Below, in pieces: positions 56,417-64,000 of a stretch of 64,000 bases of DNA (position 1 is its first letter; each line of letters starts with the position of its first letter). Origin of the DNA: an uncultured virus (IMG/VR IMGVR_UViG_3300031687_000005). Taxonomy: Duplodnaviria; Heunggongvirae; Uroviricota; Caudoviricetes. The stretch is from the IMG/VR virus record IMGVR_UViG_3300031687_000005; one strand, given 5' to 3'. The notes beneath the pieces were generated by a model. It was not told the origin of the DNA. It was given only the letters and a program-made list of their open reading frames with translations, and searched no databases. The position numbers were made by a program, and so were the translations under genes.

Positions 56417-57534
56417 TGTTAGCAATAGGAGATTCAAAATTCGGAGGAACAGTGTTCTACTACAACCCTGATGACGATTTTTGTCTTGTCCTTGCTGATG
56501 TTGAGGTAACTGGACAACCTTTTAACGCAGACAACTCATTATCTGCTATAAATATGCCCGTCGAACAGACAGGGTTTTATCAGGGTTATACTAATTCATT
56601 AGTTATATACCCTTACCTTAGTTCTGGCGACGTACTTCATACTGTAATGAATAGCTCTGAAGGTGGGTATACTGATTGGTACTTACCAACCTTTACTGAA
56701 TTGATGTACATTTTTACATCAAATGCCCTACCTGCTTTTAGTTACGGTGTTCATTACACTGACGCTTACGTCTCTTCAAGTCTTGATTCTGCCACGAACG
56801 GATTTACATACGGTGTAGAATATTCAGGTAATTATGGCTCTCTTGTTTCCGTTAACTTCACCGAATCAACAAATGTTCGTGCTAAGATGATTAGAACTCA
56901 ATCACTAACGAGTGTTGCTATACATGATGTAGATGAGTCTAAGCTGTATGGTGATTCTGAACTTTCGTTTGGGTTTATAACTCAAGATAGTGTACCTATT
57001 GATGCTGTAGATTTAACCACTCAAACTATAACAATACATACAGATGAGCCTACCAGTATAATACTATCGACTTATATAAATGTTGATAAGTTAGAGTTTG
57101 ACGAACAGCCAACTCCTGTTAATATTTTTGGAAGTATTCCTTTCTTGAAGAGCGTTGTTGATGATAGTGGAAGGGTATTCCACCCAAACCCCAATCTTAC
57201 ATCCACCCTTTATACTATAGAAAATGCCACTGCTTATCAGGTAACTTTAGATAAAGCGATTCATTACGGTTTTGATATTGTAGGAGAAAGTTTAGCTGGT
57301 AATTTTAGCTTTACCATACCTGAAGGTGCTAGCTTCCTTCCTTTTATGGCTGAAACAACTATGTTTATAGCTTCAGGAAGAAACCCTTTATTTGGTAGAA
57401 GTGTTGTAAATAAGATAGATAAGCTAATAGACCTTCAAAGTGGAATGACATTCCCTGGTCAACTTAAAAAACTTGTACCTGGTAGGGGTTATATAATAAA
57501 TACCACAGATTCAATAACCGTAAAATTCAAGTAG
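56416..57534 (+). CDS. DUF1566/Lcl-like (C-type-lectin-fold) domain protein
   Basis: IGDSKFGGTVFY and GGYTDWYLPTFTEL motifs. Confidence 0.65.
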   Translation: MLAIGDSKFGGTVFYYNPDDDFCLVLADVEVTGQPFNADNSLSAINMPVEQTGFYQGYTNSLVIYPYLSSGDVLHTVMNSSEGGYTDWYLPTFTELMYIFTSNALPAFSYGVHYTDAYVSSSLDSATNGFTYGVEYSGNYGSLVSVNFTESTNVRAKMIRTQSLTSVAIHDVDESKLYGDSELSFGFITQDSVPIDAVDLTTQTITIHTDEPTSIILSTYINVDKLEFDEQPTPVNIFGSIPFLKSVVDDSGRVFHPNPNLTSTLYTIENATAYQVTLDKAIHYGFDIVGESLAGNFSFTIPEGASFLPFMAETTMFIASGRNPLFGRSVVNKIDKLIDLQSGMTFPGQLKKLVPGRGYIINTTDSITVKFK

Positions 57535-57535
57535 T

Positions 57536-58198
57536 ATGCTGAATATAAACTACCCTTTAGAGGTGACTGAAAACGAAGGAATTCATAGAATTAGAATCAC
57601 TAAAGAGTCTTTAATTCTTGCTATATCTCAAATGCCTGAACATACGTCTATAGGCGTTATGAGTAATGCTTTGATTGATGTATTTAGAGCTGCTGAAGCT
57701 GGCATAGAGGTTGAGTGGGTTAGCGGTGCTGTAGACAAGAACTACGAGCTTATGCACTCTATATTCATGGGTACGGCTTCAGGGGTGGGTTATGGTTTGT
57801 TTGACGCTTGGGATAGAAAAGATTATCAGAACATATACAACGCTAAAAGAGATATACTATTAGTAACTGATGTTATATATACTGTAGTTATTAAGGATAG
57901 TTATACTAATGTGCTTGGTGGGTTTGAACCTTTTACAGCGAAGTTAGCAATAAAAAAAGATTTCTACATACTTCCTTTGACTCCAGCTAAAGGACTTGGG
58001 CATATACACTTAAGTATTACGCAAAACGATGGCTCTGTTTATGGTAAGTATAAAATAGCAAATAAATACCTTTTCTTTACATCTAAACAATACTTAAACT
58101 CATCACCTAGTTACAACTTTCTTATAGGTCTTAATCAAAACCCTATAGACAGGGATATGAAAGGATTTGTAATCTTAGATGTTTTAAAAACTAACTAA
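57536..58198 (+). CDS. Hypothetical protein
   Basis: 220-aa ORF. Confidence 0.7.
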   Translation: MLNINYPLEVTENEGIHRIRITKESLILAISQMPEHTSIGVMSNALIDVFRAAEAGIEVEWVSGAVDKNYELMHSIFMGTASGVGYGLFDAWDRKDYQNIYNAKRDILLVTDVIYTVVIKDSYTNVLGGFEPFTAKLAIKKDFYILPLTPAKGLGHIHLSITQNDGSVYGKYKIANKYLFFTSKQYLNSSPSYNFLIGLNQNPIDRDMKGFVILDVLKTN

Positions 58199-58199
58199 C

Positions 58200-60032
58200 A
58201 TGGCTAAAGAAGTAAAAATAACCATAAACACAAAGAATCCAACCATATCGGTAGGAACAAAAGCTAATGTAGTTGTTGGTCGTGATTCCTCCCTAGACCC
58301 CGCTATACACTTTAAATCTACAGGGTCTTCAGGTAATAAAGGAGACTCTGGTTCGGTAGGTCCAGCTGGTGTTGATGGTATTGATGGAGTTGGATTAACT
58401 ACAGTTCAAGAAAATCAAATAGGGGTTAATAGTTTAAAGATTACGTACCCTGAAGATGATGCTTCTAAACTTGCTGGAATATCTGCAGGTGCTGAGGTCA
58501 ATGTTAGGTCTGATTGGAATTCTATTTCAGGTGATTCAGAGATACTAAACAAACCATTTGTACCTCTTGACTTGACTGTAAGTGGTCAAGGGATTGTTCA
58601 TGCAAACAACTACACAGACACCGATACAGTATACACACACCCAAGTAACCATTCTATATCTGTTATAACGGGATTGCAGTCAGCCTTAAATGGTAAGATA
58701 AACAATGCTCAAGTACTTACAGATGTGCCTAGTGGTGCTTTATTCACTGATACAGACACTGTATACTCTCACCCCGACAATCATGCCATTTCTGTAACTA
58801 CAGGGCTACAATCAGCTCTAGATGGAAAGGTAGATGACGGACAGGTATTAACAGATGTCCCTTCGGGAGCTTTGTTTACAGATACAAACACTGTATATGA
58901 CGCTACAACTATACAGGCGGAGGTTGACGCAAACACAACAAAGAATACAAACGTAGTAGGAGACCTTACCGTAACAGCGGCTGGACATAAGTTACAACTA
59001 AACACTTCAAACGGTGCTGATGTGTCACTGCCATTAGCTACTACGGATGCGTGGGGAGTAATGTCAGACGAGATGTTTGATGAACATGAGATTAATAAAG
59101 CTAAAGTATCTAACATAGTACAAGCAAATGTGACAGGTAATGCAGGTACAGTGACAACTAATGCCGACCTGACTGGCGATGTAACGTCTTCAGGGAATGC
59201 AACTACAATGGCTGCGGCACAAACAAACATAAACTCTATACTTGCTACAGATTTAGTTATCGGTGAAGATTTACAAACCTGCATAGATTTTGGTACTCCT
59301 AACAATATTAAGCTTAAATTAAATAATACTGATGAAATAACTATAGCTGGAAACTCTATGTACCCTACTTCAAACAATGGTATAGCTCTAGGTGTTTCTA
59401 ATAATGGTTGGTCAGATTTATTTCTAGCAAGTGGGGCAGCTCTGTCTTGGAGTGGGGGGGCTTATGTATATTCATTTTCAAATGAATTGCACGTAGGTCT
59501 TAACACATCTGGAAGTGATGTAAAGATACATGGAGATACTTCTGGGGCACACTTATTTTGGGATGAAAGTGCTGACAATTTATCTGCTCAAGGAAGCGCA
59601 ACAATAACTGCTACAACCGTAACAACTTCCACTCACTTTATACACACTGGTACTTACTTAAGTTACTCATACTCAAGGTATTTACCATTGAATGGTAGTT
59701 TGAATGAACAGAATACATCTACATCTGGACCTGAATATACTTCATTTGTATGGCCTTACGGTGGTACTGTAAAATCTATATGGGTAAGAACTGAAGCGGA
59801 CTCTGGAGATACGGTTATTAAACTATATAAAGGAGCTAATGGTAGTTCTGTTAGTACAGCCATGGGGAGTGTAACTCTTGATTGTGATGCTAACACTTCC
59901 GTCGAATTTGATATGACTGGAGTAACAAACAACTTCAATCAAGGAGAGGCTATGGCTATATGGATTGACCCAACCAATGCATCTCAAGGTGTGAATGTTA
60001 CTATAGAATGTGTGTTTAATTTAACAACTTAA
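58200..60032 (+). CDS. Tail fibre protein with a short collagen-like stretch and 44-aa repeats
   Basis: GNKGDSGSVGPAGVDGIDG; HSISVITGLQSALNGK fibre repeats; LGVSNNGWSDLFL. Confidence 0.75.
   Translation: MAKEVKITINTKNPTISVGTKANVVVGRDSSLDPAIHFKSTGSSGNKGDSGSVGPAGVDGIDGVGLTTVQENQIGVNSLKITYPEDDASKLAGISAGAEVNVRSDWNSISGDSEILNKPFVPLDLTVSGQGIVHANNYTDTDTVYTHPSNHSISVITGLQSALNGKINNAQVLTDVPSGALFTDTDTVYSHPDNHAISVTTGLQSALDGKVDDGQVLTDVPSGALFTDTNTVYDATTIQAEVDANTTKNTNVVGDLTVTAAGHKLQLNTSNGADVSLPLATTDAWGVMSDEMFDEHEINKAKVSNIVQANVTGNAGTVTTNADLTGDVTSSGNATTMAAAQTNINSILATDLVIGEDLQTCIDFGTPNNIKLKLNNTDEITIAGNSMYPTSNNGIALGVSNNGWSDLFLASGAALSWSGGAYVYSFSNELHVGLNTSGSDVKIHGDTSGAHLFWDESADNLSAQGSATITATTVTTSTHFIHTGTYLSYSYSRYLPLNGSLNEQNTSTSGPEYTSFVWPYGGTVKSIWVRTEADSGDTVIKLYKGANGSSVSTAMGSVTLDCDANTSVEFDMTGVTNNFNQGEAMAIWIDPTNASQGVNVTIECVFNLTT
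58614..58898 (+). repeat. 132-nt (44-aa) tandem repeat, two copies plus a partial third
   Basis: TDTDTVY[TS]HP.NH.ISV.TGLQSAL.GK....QVLTDVPSGALF; codons strongly diverged between copies. Confidence 0.9.
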
Positions 60033-60036
60033 GATT

Positions 60037-60417
60037 ATGCCATTAGGAACTCAACAGTCTGTATCAATACACGACAAGACAGGAAACGATAAAGAGAAAC
60101 TTAAAGATGAGTTTGACGCTGGACACATGAATAGGATTGCTACTAGCCCAGACGAAGAACCTATGATAGCAAGTTTGATATATCAAATAGGATTATTGAA
60201 AGAAGATATAGACGAACTACGTAGGTACTTAACTGCAGAGGTTGGTGACGGAGCTGCAGGAACTAACGGAACTAACGGAACTAACGGTAGTAACGGTTCA
60301 GATGCTACTGTAGATTTATTTATGAGAACGCTTAACGGCAATAGACTACCGAAAAAAGCCCCAGCTAGAGGTTCAGGCGTTCTTTGGAACGATAGAGGAA
60401 TAGTTAAAATAGGATAA
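60037..60417 (+). CDS. Small fibre-associated protein with a collagen-like GTN repeat
   Basis: GAAGTNGTNGTNGSNGSD; GGAACTAAC x3 at 60259-60285; GVLWNDRGIVKI end. Confidence 0.7.
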   Translation: MPLGTQQSVSIHDKTGNDKEKLKDEFDAGHMNRIATSPDEEPMIASLIYQIGLLKEDIDELRRYLTAEVGDGAAGTNGTNGTNGSNGSDATVDLFMRTLNGNRLPKKAPARGSGVLWNDRGIVKIG

Positions 60418-60420
60418 GAC

Positions 60421-61002
60421 ATGGCTAAGATAGATATAAACTTAACTACAAGTGTAGATATAAGTGTAAGAGAAGGAGATACCTTTCAGTTAGATTTAGG
60501 TATAACTAAAGAAGATGGGACTGATTTTAGTTTTGAAAATGATGCTATTATATTTTCTGTGTATGGTTCAGGAGGAGTCCCTGTAATGTTATTAAACTCT
60601 GGTTCTGTTCCTCATTACATAACAAGCTCTAGTCCTAGTGGTTTTGTTTCTGCAAGTATGCTACAAAAAGCTAGAGCCATAAGTAATCTACTAGATTTTG
60701 ATATAAATTTACTTACCTTCATTGATTATGATAGTTATATAATACCACGATATTTAAATAGTGCAAGTGGATTAACTACTAGTATTTATAATGTTCAACA
60801 AATAGAAGGAGGGATAAGGTTGATTGTTCAATCTCACGCATTTAACCTACCTCAAGGCTCGTACTCTTACGAACTTAAGGTGGCTTCTGATTTAGTAGAT
60901 GTACTTAAAGGGGTTAGTTACGATACAAATAATATTGTAGATAGCTACTTTAAAAACTCATCAACATGGATGGAGGGTAAATTTATAGTAAACAAAAACT
61001 AA
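60421..61002 (+). CDS. Tail-associated adaptor-like protein (paralog 2)
   Basis: DISVREGDTF...GSYSYE...TWMEGKFIV. Confidence 0.6.
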   Translation: MAKIDINLTTSVDISVREGDTFQLDLGITKEDGTDFSFENDAIIFSVYGSGGVPVMLLNSGSVPHYITSSSPSGFVSASMLQKARAISNLLDFDINLLTFIDYDSYIIPRYLNSASGLTTSIYNVQQIEGGIRLIVQSHAFNLPQGSYSYELKVASDLVDVLKGVSYDTNNIVDSYFKNSSTWMEGKFIVNKN

Positions 61003-61004
61003 TT

Positions 61005-61931
61005 ATGGCTATTAAAATCACAGCAGACAAATCTAAGAAGGTTGATATAACAGCAAAGAGAGGTGATAGCTTTTCTGTAAACCTTGAGATTAAAAACGAA
61101 TCAGGCTCTCTTTTAGAATTCACTAGAGACGGATACACGTACCTAAAGTACCAAGAATACTTATCTAACAATTACAGTGTCTCTTCTGGGGATAAGTGGT
61201 CGTGGTTAGGGGCTGAAGACGTTATGTTATTTGTTGTAACAACGGAAGATGACACCCCTGTACTGGCTGCGTGTAGTTCAGATTTAGACTTAGCTATGTT
61301 TAATCAAGACTTTGACCCTACTAGTCATTTAACTAACGTAATCCCTAATTCAGGATTGTACTCAAAACCAACCAATCAGAGAGATTTTGATAAGTACTAC
61401 GACACTATGCACATGTATAAAATTATAGGTATAGCTAAAGCTATATCTAAGTCGTCTAATAAAAACACTGAACTAGAGAGGTCTAACTATGGTTTAGAAA
61501 ACTTAGTTTTTTCAACCACATACATGAAGACTCTTGTGGATTTTGAAACCCCAGGTAGCTTTCAAATGAGTACAACCACTAACTACAGAACGTGGTTGCA
61601 GAATATCTTTACAAATTTAGACGTTATAACAAACTCAAACCTTTTAGTTGCCATGAAAAATACTATTGATGGGTACACAGAGCCTACTGGTAATGATTAT
61701 ATTTTCTGGGGAAGAGTGGAGGGCAACAATGCTTTTACGATTAAATTTGACCATAACCACTTTAATCTTCCCGCAGGTAATTACAAATACACTTTTAAAT
61801 CTCTTTCTGATTACAATATGGCTGAATCTACTGATGCTAGTACAATTAACTATGAGGTAGATTCAAATGAAGGTAATCTATACACCAACATAACAACGTG
61901 GATACACGGTAAGCTCAAGATAAATGACTAA
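61005..61931 (+). CDS. Tail-associated adaptor-like protein (paralog 3)
   Basis: DITAKRGDSF...GNYKYT...TWIHGKLKI. Confidence 0.6.
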   Translation: MAIKITADKSKKVDITAKRGDSFSVNLEIKNESGSLLEFTRDGYTYLKYQEYLSNNYSVSSGDKWSWLGAEDVMLFVVTTEDDTPVLAACSSDLDLAMFNQDFDPTSHLTNVIPNSGLYSKPTNQRDFDKYYDTMHMYKIIGIAKAISKSSNKNTELERSNYGLENLVFSTTYMKTLVDFETPGSFQMSTTTNYRTWLQNIFTNLDVITNSNLLVAMKNTIDGYTEPTGNDYIFWGRVEGNNAFTIKFDHNHFNLPAGNYKYTFKSLSDYNMAESTDASTINYEVDSNEGNLYTNITTWIHGKLKIND

Positions 61932-62064
61932 AGAAGAAGATAAGAAGGTTAACGAGGAAGTGGCTAGAAAACAATGGGACAGTTGGTTAACTGATTTAGA
62001 AGAAGGAGACCAACCAGAGTCATGCACTATAGACGACCCTGACTGTGAGGCATGTGGTTCGTAA
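61924..62064 (+). CDS. 46-aa acidic peptide ending CTIDDPDCEACGS (below the ORF-track cutoff)
   Basis: MTKEEDKKVNEEVARKQWDSWLTDLEEGDQPESCTIDDPDCEACGS; overlaps the upstream stop and fills the gap. Confidence 0.75.
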   Translation: MTKEEDKKVNEEVARKQWDSWLTDLEEGDQPESCTIDDPDCEACGS

Positions 62065-62072
62065 AAAAGAAT

Positions 62073-62080
62073 TATATTTG
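62073..62080 (+). promoter_or_regulatory. Bacteroidota-type -7 box (TATATTTG)
   Basis: Intergenic, 23 nt before ATG 62104. Confidence 0.55.
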
Positions 62081-62103
62081 ATAACAAACTAAAACAATAT
62101 ACA

Positions 62104-62361
62104 ATGGCTTCAATACATGATTTAAACACAAGACTAACAGCTTCAAACGGAACTGATATACATAAAGGAGTTGTCGCAACAACAGCAACTTCAGGCACTT
62201 ACTTTGGTTGTCAATTCTTAAATGACGGTACATACACTTTTATTATGGATGGAGTAACGAATACTTCTATTGATATAGTTGGAGGGTGTGTCCTGTTTGG
62301 GGATATAACATCTATGGATGCTACGGGTGGGTCAGATGCAGTCGCTCTATACAAAAACTAA
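62104..62361 (+). CDS. Small hypothetical (possibly structural) protein
   Basis: 85 aa, T/G-rich, ending LFGDITSM...VALYKN. Confidence 0.7.
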   Translation: MASIHDLNTRLTASNGTDIHKGVVATTATSGTYFGCQFLNDGTYTFIMDGVTNTSIDIVGGCVLFGDITSMDATGGSDAVALYKN

Positions 62362-62573
62362 TGGAGATATTCAAGAACGATAATAACTGGAACGAGAAGT
62401 CTATCGTAGGATTCATAGCATTTGCTGTTATGTGTCTTATTATGGTAGCCGACCTTGTTACTGGCTGGCTCGGGGCTGAACTAATAGTAAACGAGTTTGT
62501 TTACCAAGCCTTTGTATGGGTTGTATTAGGATGCTTCGGTATATCAGGTGCTGAGAAATTCGCCAAGAAATGA
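62361..62573 (+). CDS. Small two-TM membrane protein, possible holin
   Basis: ATG overlaps the upstream stop; two hydrophobic helices and a basic C-terminus EKFAKK. Confidence 0.55.
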   Translation: MEIFKNDNNWNEKSIVGFIAFAVMCLIMVADLVTGWLGAELIVNEFVYQAFVWVVLGCFGISGAEKFAKK

Positions 62574-63586
62574 AAAAATTACTATACATATTATTACTAT
62601 GCCCAGCAATTGCAAGTGCTCAAATTCTAAGGTTCGCAACTTTCTACGCAAGCTTTTCAACTGGTGCTCCTTTCACGGAGAGCCAACAATTCCTAGTGAA
62701 TGGTGTTGCTGGTTCAGGCCATCTAATGGAGATGACAGAGGTTAATGAACCTAACTATAATATCAGTATAGGATTAAGAAAGATAGCTCGATTCGACTAT
62801 CAAGTAAAACAAGGTAACTTTTACACTGGCTCAGAGAATGAGGTAAGTGATTACGCTACAATATCTAACGCTCCTGGGTTGGAGTACTTATTTGAGTACT
62901 CTTCTATACGGAGTAGGGGTATGACGTTTCGTCAACATGAATATAAACTTCGGTATATATCAAACAACTACACAGCGAGAGCTTCGTATGTTAATGACGG
63001 TTTAATTAATTTACAATATACTTTGGGCGAAGTTAGGTTACGCAAGAGTTTGGGGAATGTAGACCTCACTCTGGGCGTAGCCCATCGTTCTCACCCTGTA
63101 TATGGTTATTCCCCAGTAACTGAATGGTTCTCTAAGCCTGAGAATAAACATTGGTGGCAGTTAGCTAATGAGTTTGGGTTCTATAGTGACGAGACTGAGT
63201 GCTGGACTAATGACGGTACATGCGTTGCAGTCTCAGATGTGGAGTTCTATACTTACCATTTCACTGATGCTGTAAACGAATACAATAATCAACAACTCGA
63301 CCTTTTAGGGCTTCAACAAGAAGTGTCTGCTGTGATAGGAGCTGATTATTATATGTACTCAACTAAAGCTTGGATACATGCTTGGGCTTCCTTATACCCT
63401 ATACACAAAGGGCTGAGTGATTATTCATATTCTTATCCTAACAAACAGACTGAATGGGATTTAGGTTTTGTTGCAGGCTCAAAAGTTAACAGACATTTTA
63501 GTATATTTGTAGAAGGCAGACACCTCAAGTACTGGGATATACTGTCTTACGAGATGAAAATTGGATTAAACTATATAATATTCTAA
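62570..63586 (+). CDS. Secreted protein, probable outer-membrane beta-barrel
   Basis: Signal peptide MKKLLYILLLCPAIASA|Q; alternating aromatic strands; C-terminal KIGLNYIIF. Confidence 0.6.
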   Translation: MKKLLYILLLCPAIASAQILRFATFYASFSTGAPFTESQQFLVNGVAGSGHLMEMTEVNEPNYNISIGLRKIARFDYQVKQGNFYTGSENEVSDYATISNAPGLEYLFEYSSIRSRGMTFRQHEYKLRYISNNYTARASYVNDGLINLQYTLGEVRLRKSLGNVDLTLGVAHRSHPVYGYSPVTEWFSKPENKHWWQLANEFGFYSDETECWTNDGTCVAVSDVEFYTYHFTDAVNEYNNQQLDLLGLQQEVSAVIGADYYMYSTKAWIHAWASLYPIHKGLSDYSYSYPNKQTEWDLGFVAGSKVNRHFSIFVEGRHLKYWDILSYEMKIGLNYIIF

Positions 63587-63589
63587 ACA

Positions 63590-63868
63590 ATGGCTAAAGA
63601 ATTAAGTGAAGACACGTCAATACAGTTAAGTGTAAAAACATTAGGTGGTATAGCCTTCGGAATTGCAACCCTAGTAGGTATGTGGTTCATGTTACAGAAT
63701 GACATAGCAGAGGCTAGAGAGCTTCCCTTACCAACAGTTCCTGCAATTACACGTATGGAGTTTGACATGAAGGATAAGCTTGTTAGACAGACTATAATGA
63801 ATACCCAGGATGATGTTTCCGAGATTAAGGAAGACATGAAGTTAATCAAAGCAAAGCTTTATGAATAA
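63590..63868 (+). CDS. Single-TM protein with a C-terminal coiled coil
   Basis: LGGIAFGIATLVGMWFML helix followed by heptads. Confidence 0.7.
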   Translation: MAKELSEDTSIQLSVKTLGGIAFGIATLVGMWFMLQNDIAEARELPLPTVPAITRMEFDMKDKLVRQTIMNTQDDVSEIKEDMKLIKAKLYE

Positions 63869-64000
63869 GCTACTACTCCTATTCTTGCTCACTACAAATA
63901 TTGTAGCTCAAGAGTTCATCACTTCTAGCTCATTTGATTCAAAGACAGCTAAAGGAATAGTGGTAATTGAGTTCTATGCCTCATGGAACGATGGTAATAA
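63861..64000 (+). CDS. Secreted thioredoxin-fold-like protein (truncated by the window end)
   Basis: MNKLLLLFLLTTNIVA|QEFITSSSFDSKTAKGIVVIEFYASWNDGN; resembles VVVDFWAxW but Cys is replaced by Asn. Confidence 0.6.
   Translation, partial: MNKLLLLFLLTTNIVAQEFITSSSFDSKTAKGIVVIEFYASWNDGN

Noticed and set aside
56416..57534. DUF1566-like gene as the target of a diversity-generating retroelement
   Set aside because: No reverse transcriptase in the window and no near-identical template repeat differing at adenines was seen; it cannot be excluded outside the window
60259..60285. GGAACTAAC x3 as a phase-variation tract
   Set aside because: The unit is 9 bp and in frame, encoding collagen-like GTN; copy-number change would not switch expression
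1..64000. Stop-codon reassignment (TAG or TGA), as in some crAss-like phages
   Set aside because: Genes, including the 13.8-kb ORF, are intact under the standard code, and TAG ends genes cleanly (e.g. 15637, 15908, 57534)

Overview
64 kb of an AT-rich, intron-free, standard-code dsDNA phage genome with the hallmarks of a crAss-like phage (Crassvirales-type podovirus). The host is probably in the Bacteroidota, judged from TAnnTTTG promoter boxes, A-rich non-SD leaders and signal peptides cleaved before Gln. There are two divergent arms. The minus-strand arm (1-14741) holds small early genes and replication/recombination genes: DnaB, an initiator-like protein, HU, a Sak4-like ATPase, SSB, RusA-like and RecE-like nucleases and DUF932. 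It also carries a GATase/amidoligase/gamma-glutamylcyclotransferase set. The plus-strand arm (14912-64000) holds TerL, portal, scaffold, MCP, ring and muzzle-like tail proteins, ejected cargo proteins, a 4599-aa virion RNA polymerase polyprotein (DxDGD), fibres and envelope genes. The most unusual observations are: (1) three tandem very basic proteins that share only a C-terminal [YF]xxGG[FL]IQHD tag, whose core recurs in a cargo protein; (2) a 17-18 bp motif repeated five times among long hairpins in the early region; (3) an E3-binding (PSBD)-like module and a macro-like module inserted in the virion RNAP; (4) a stand-alone 46-aa peptide resembling the ribonucleotide-reductase C-terminal redox tail. 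All family calls come from motif recognition by eye; no searches were run.
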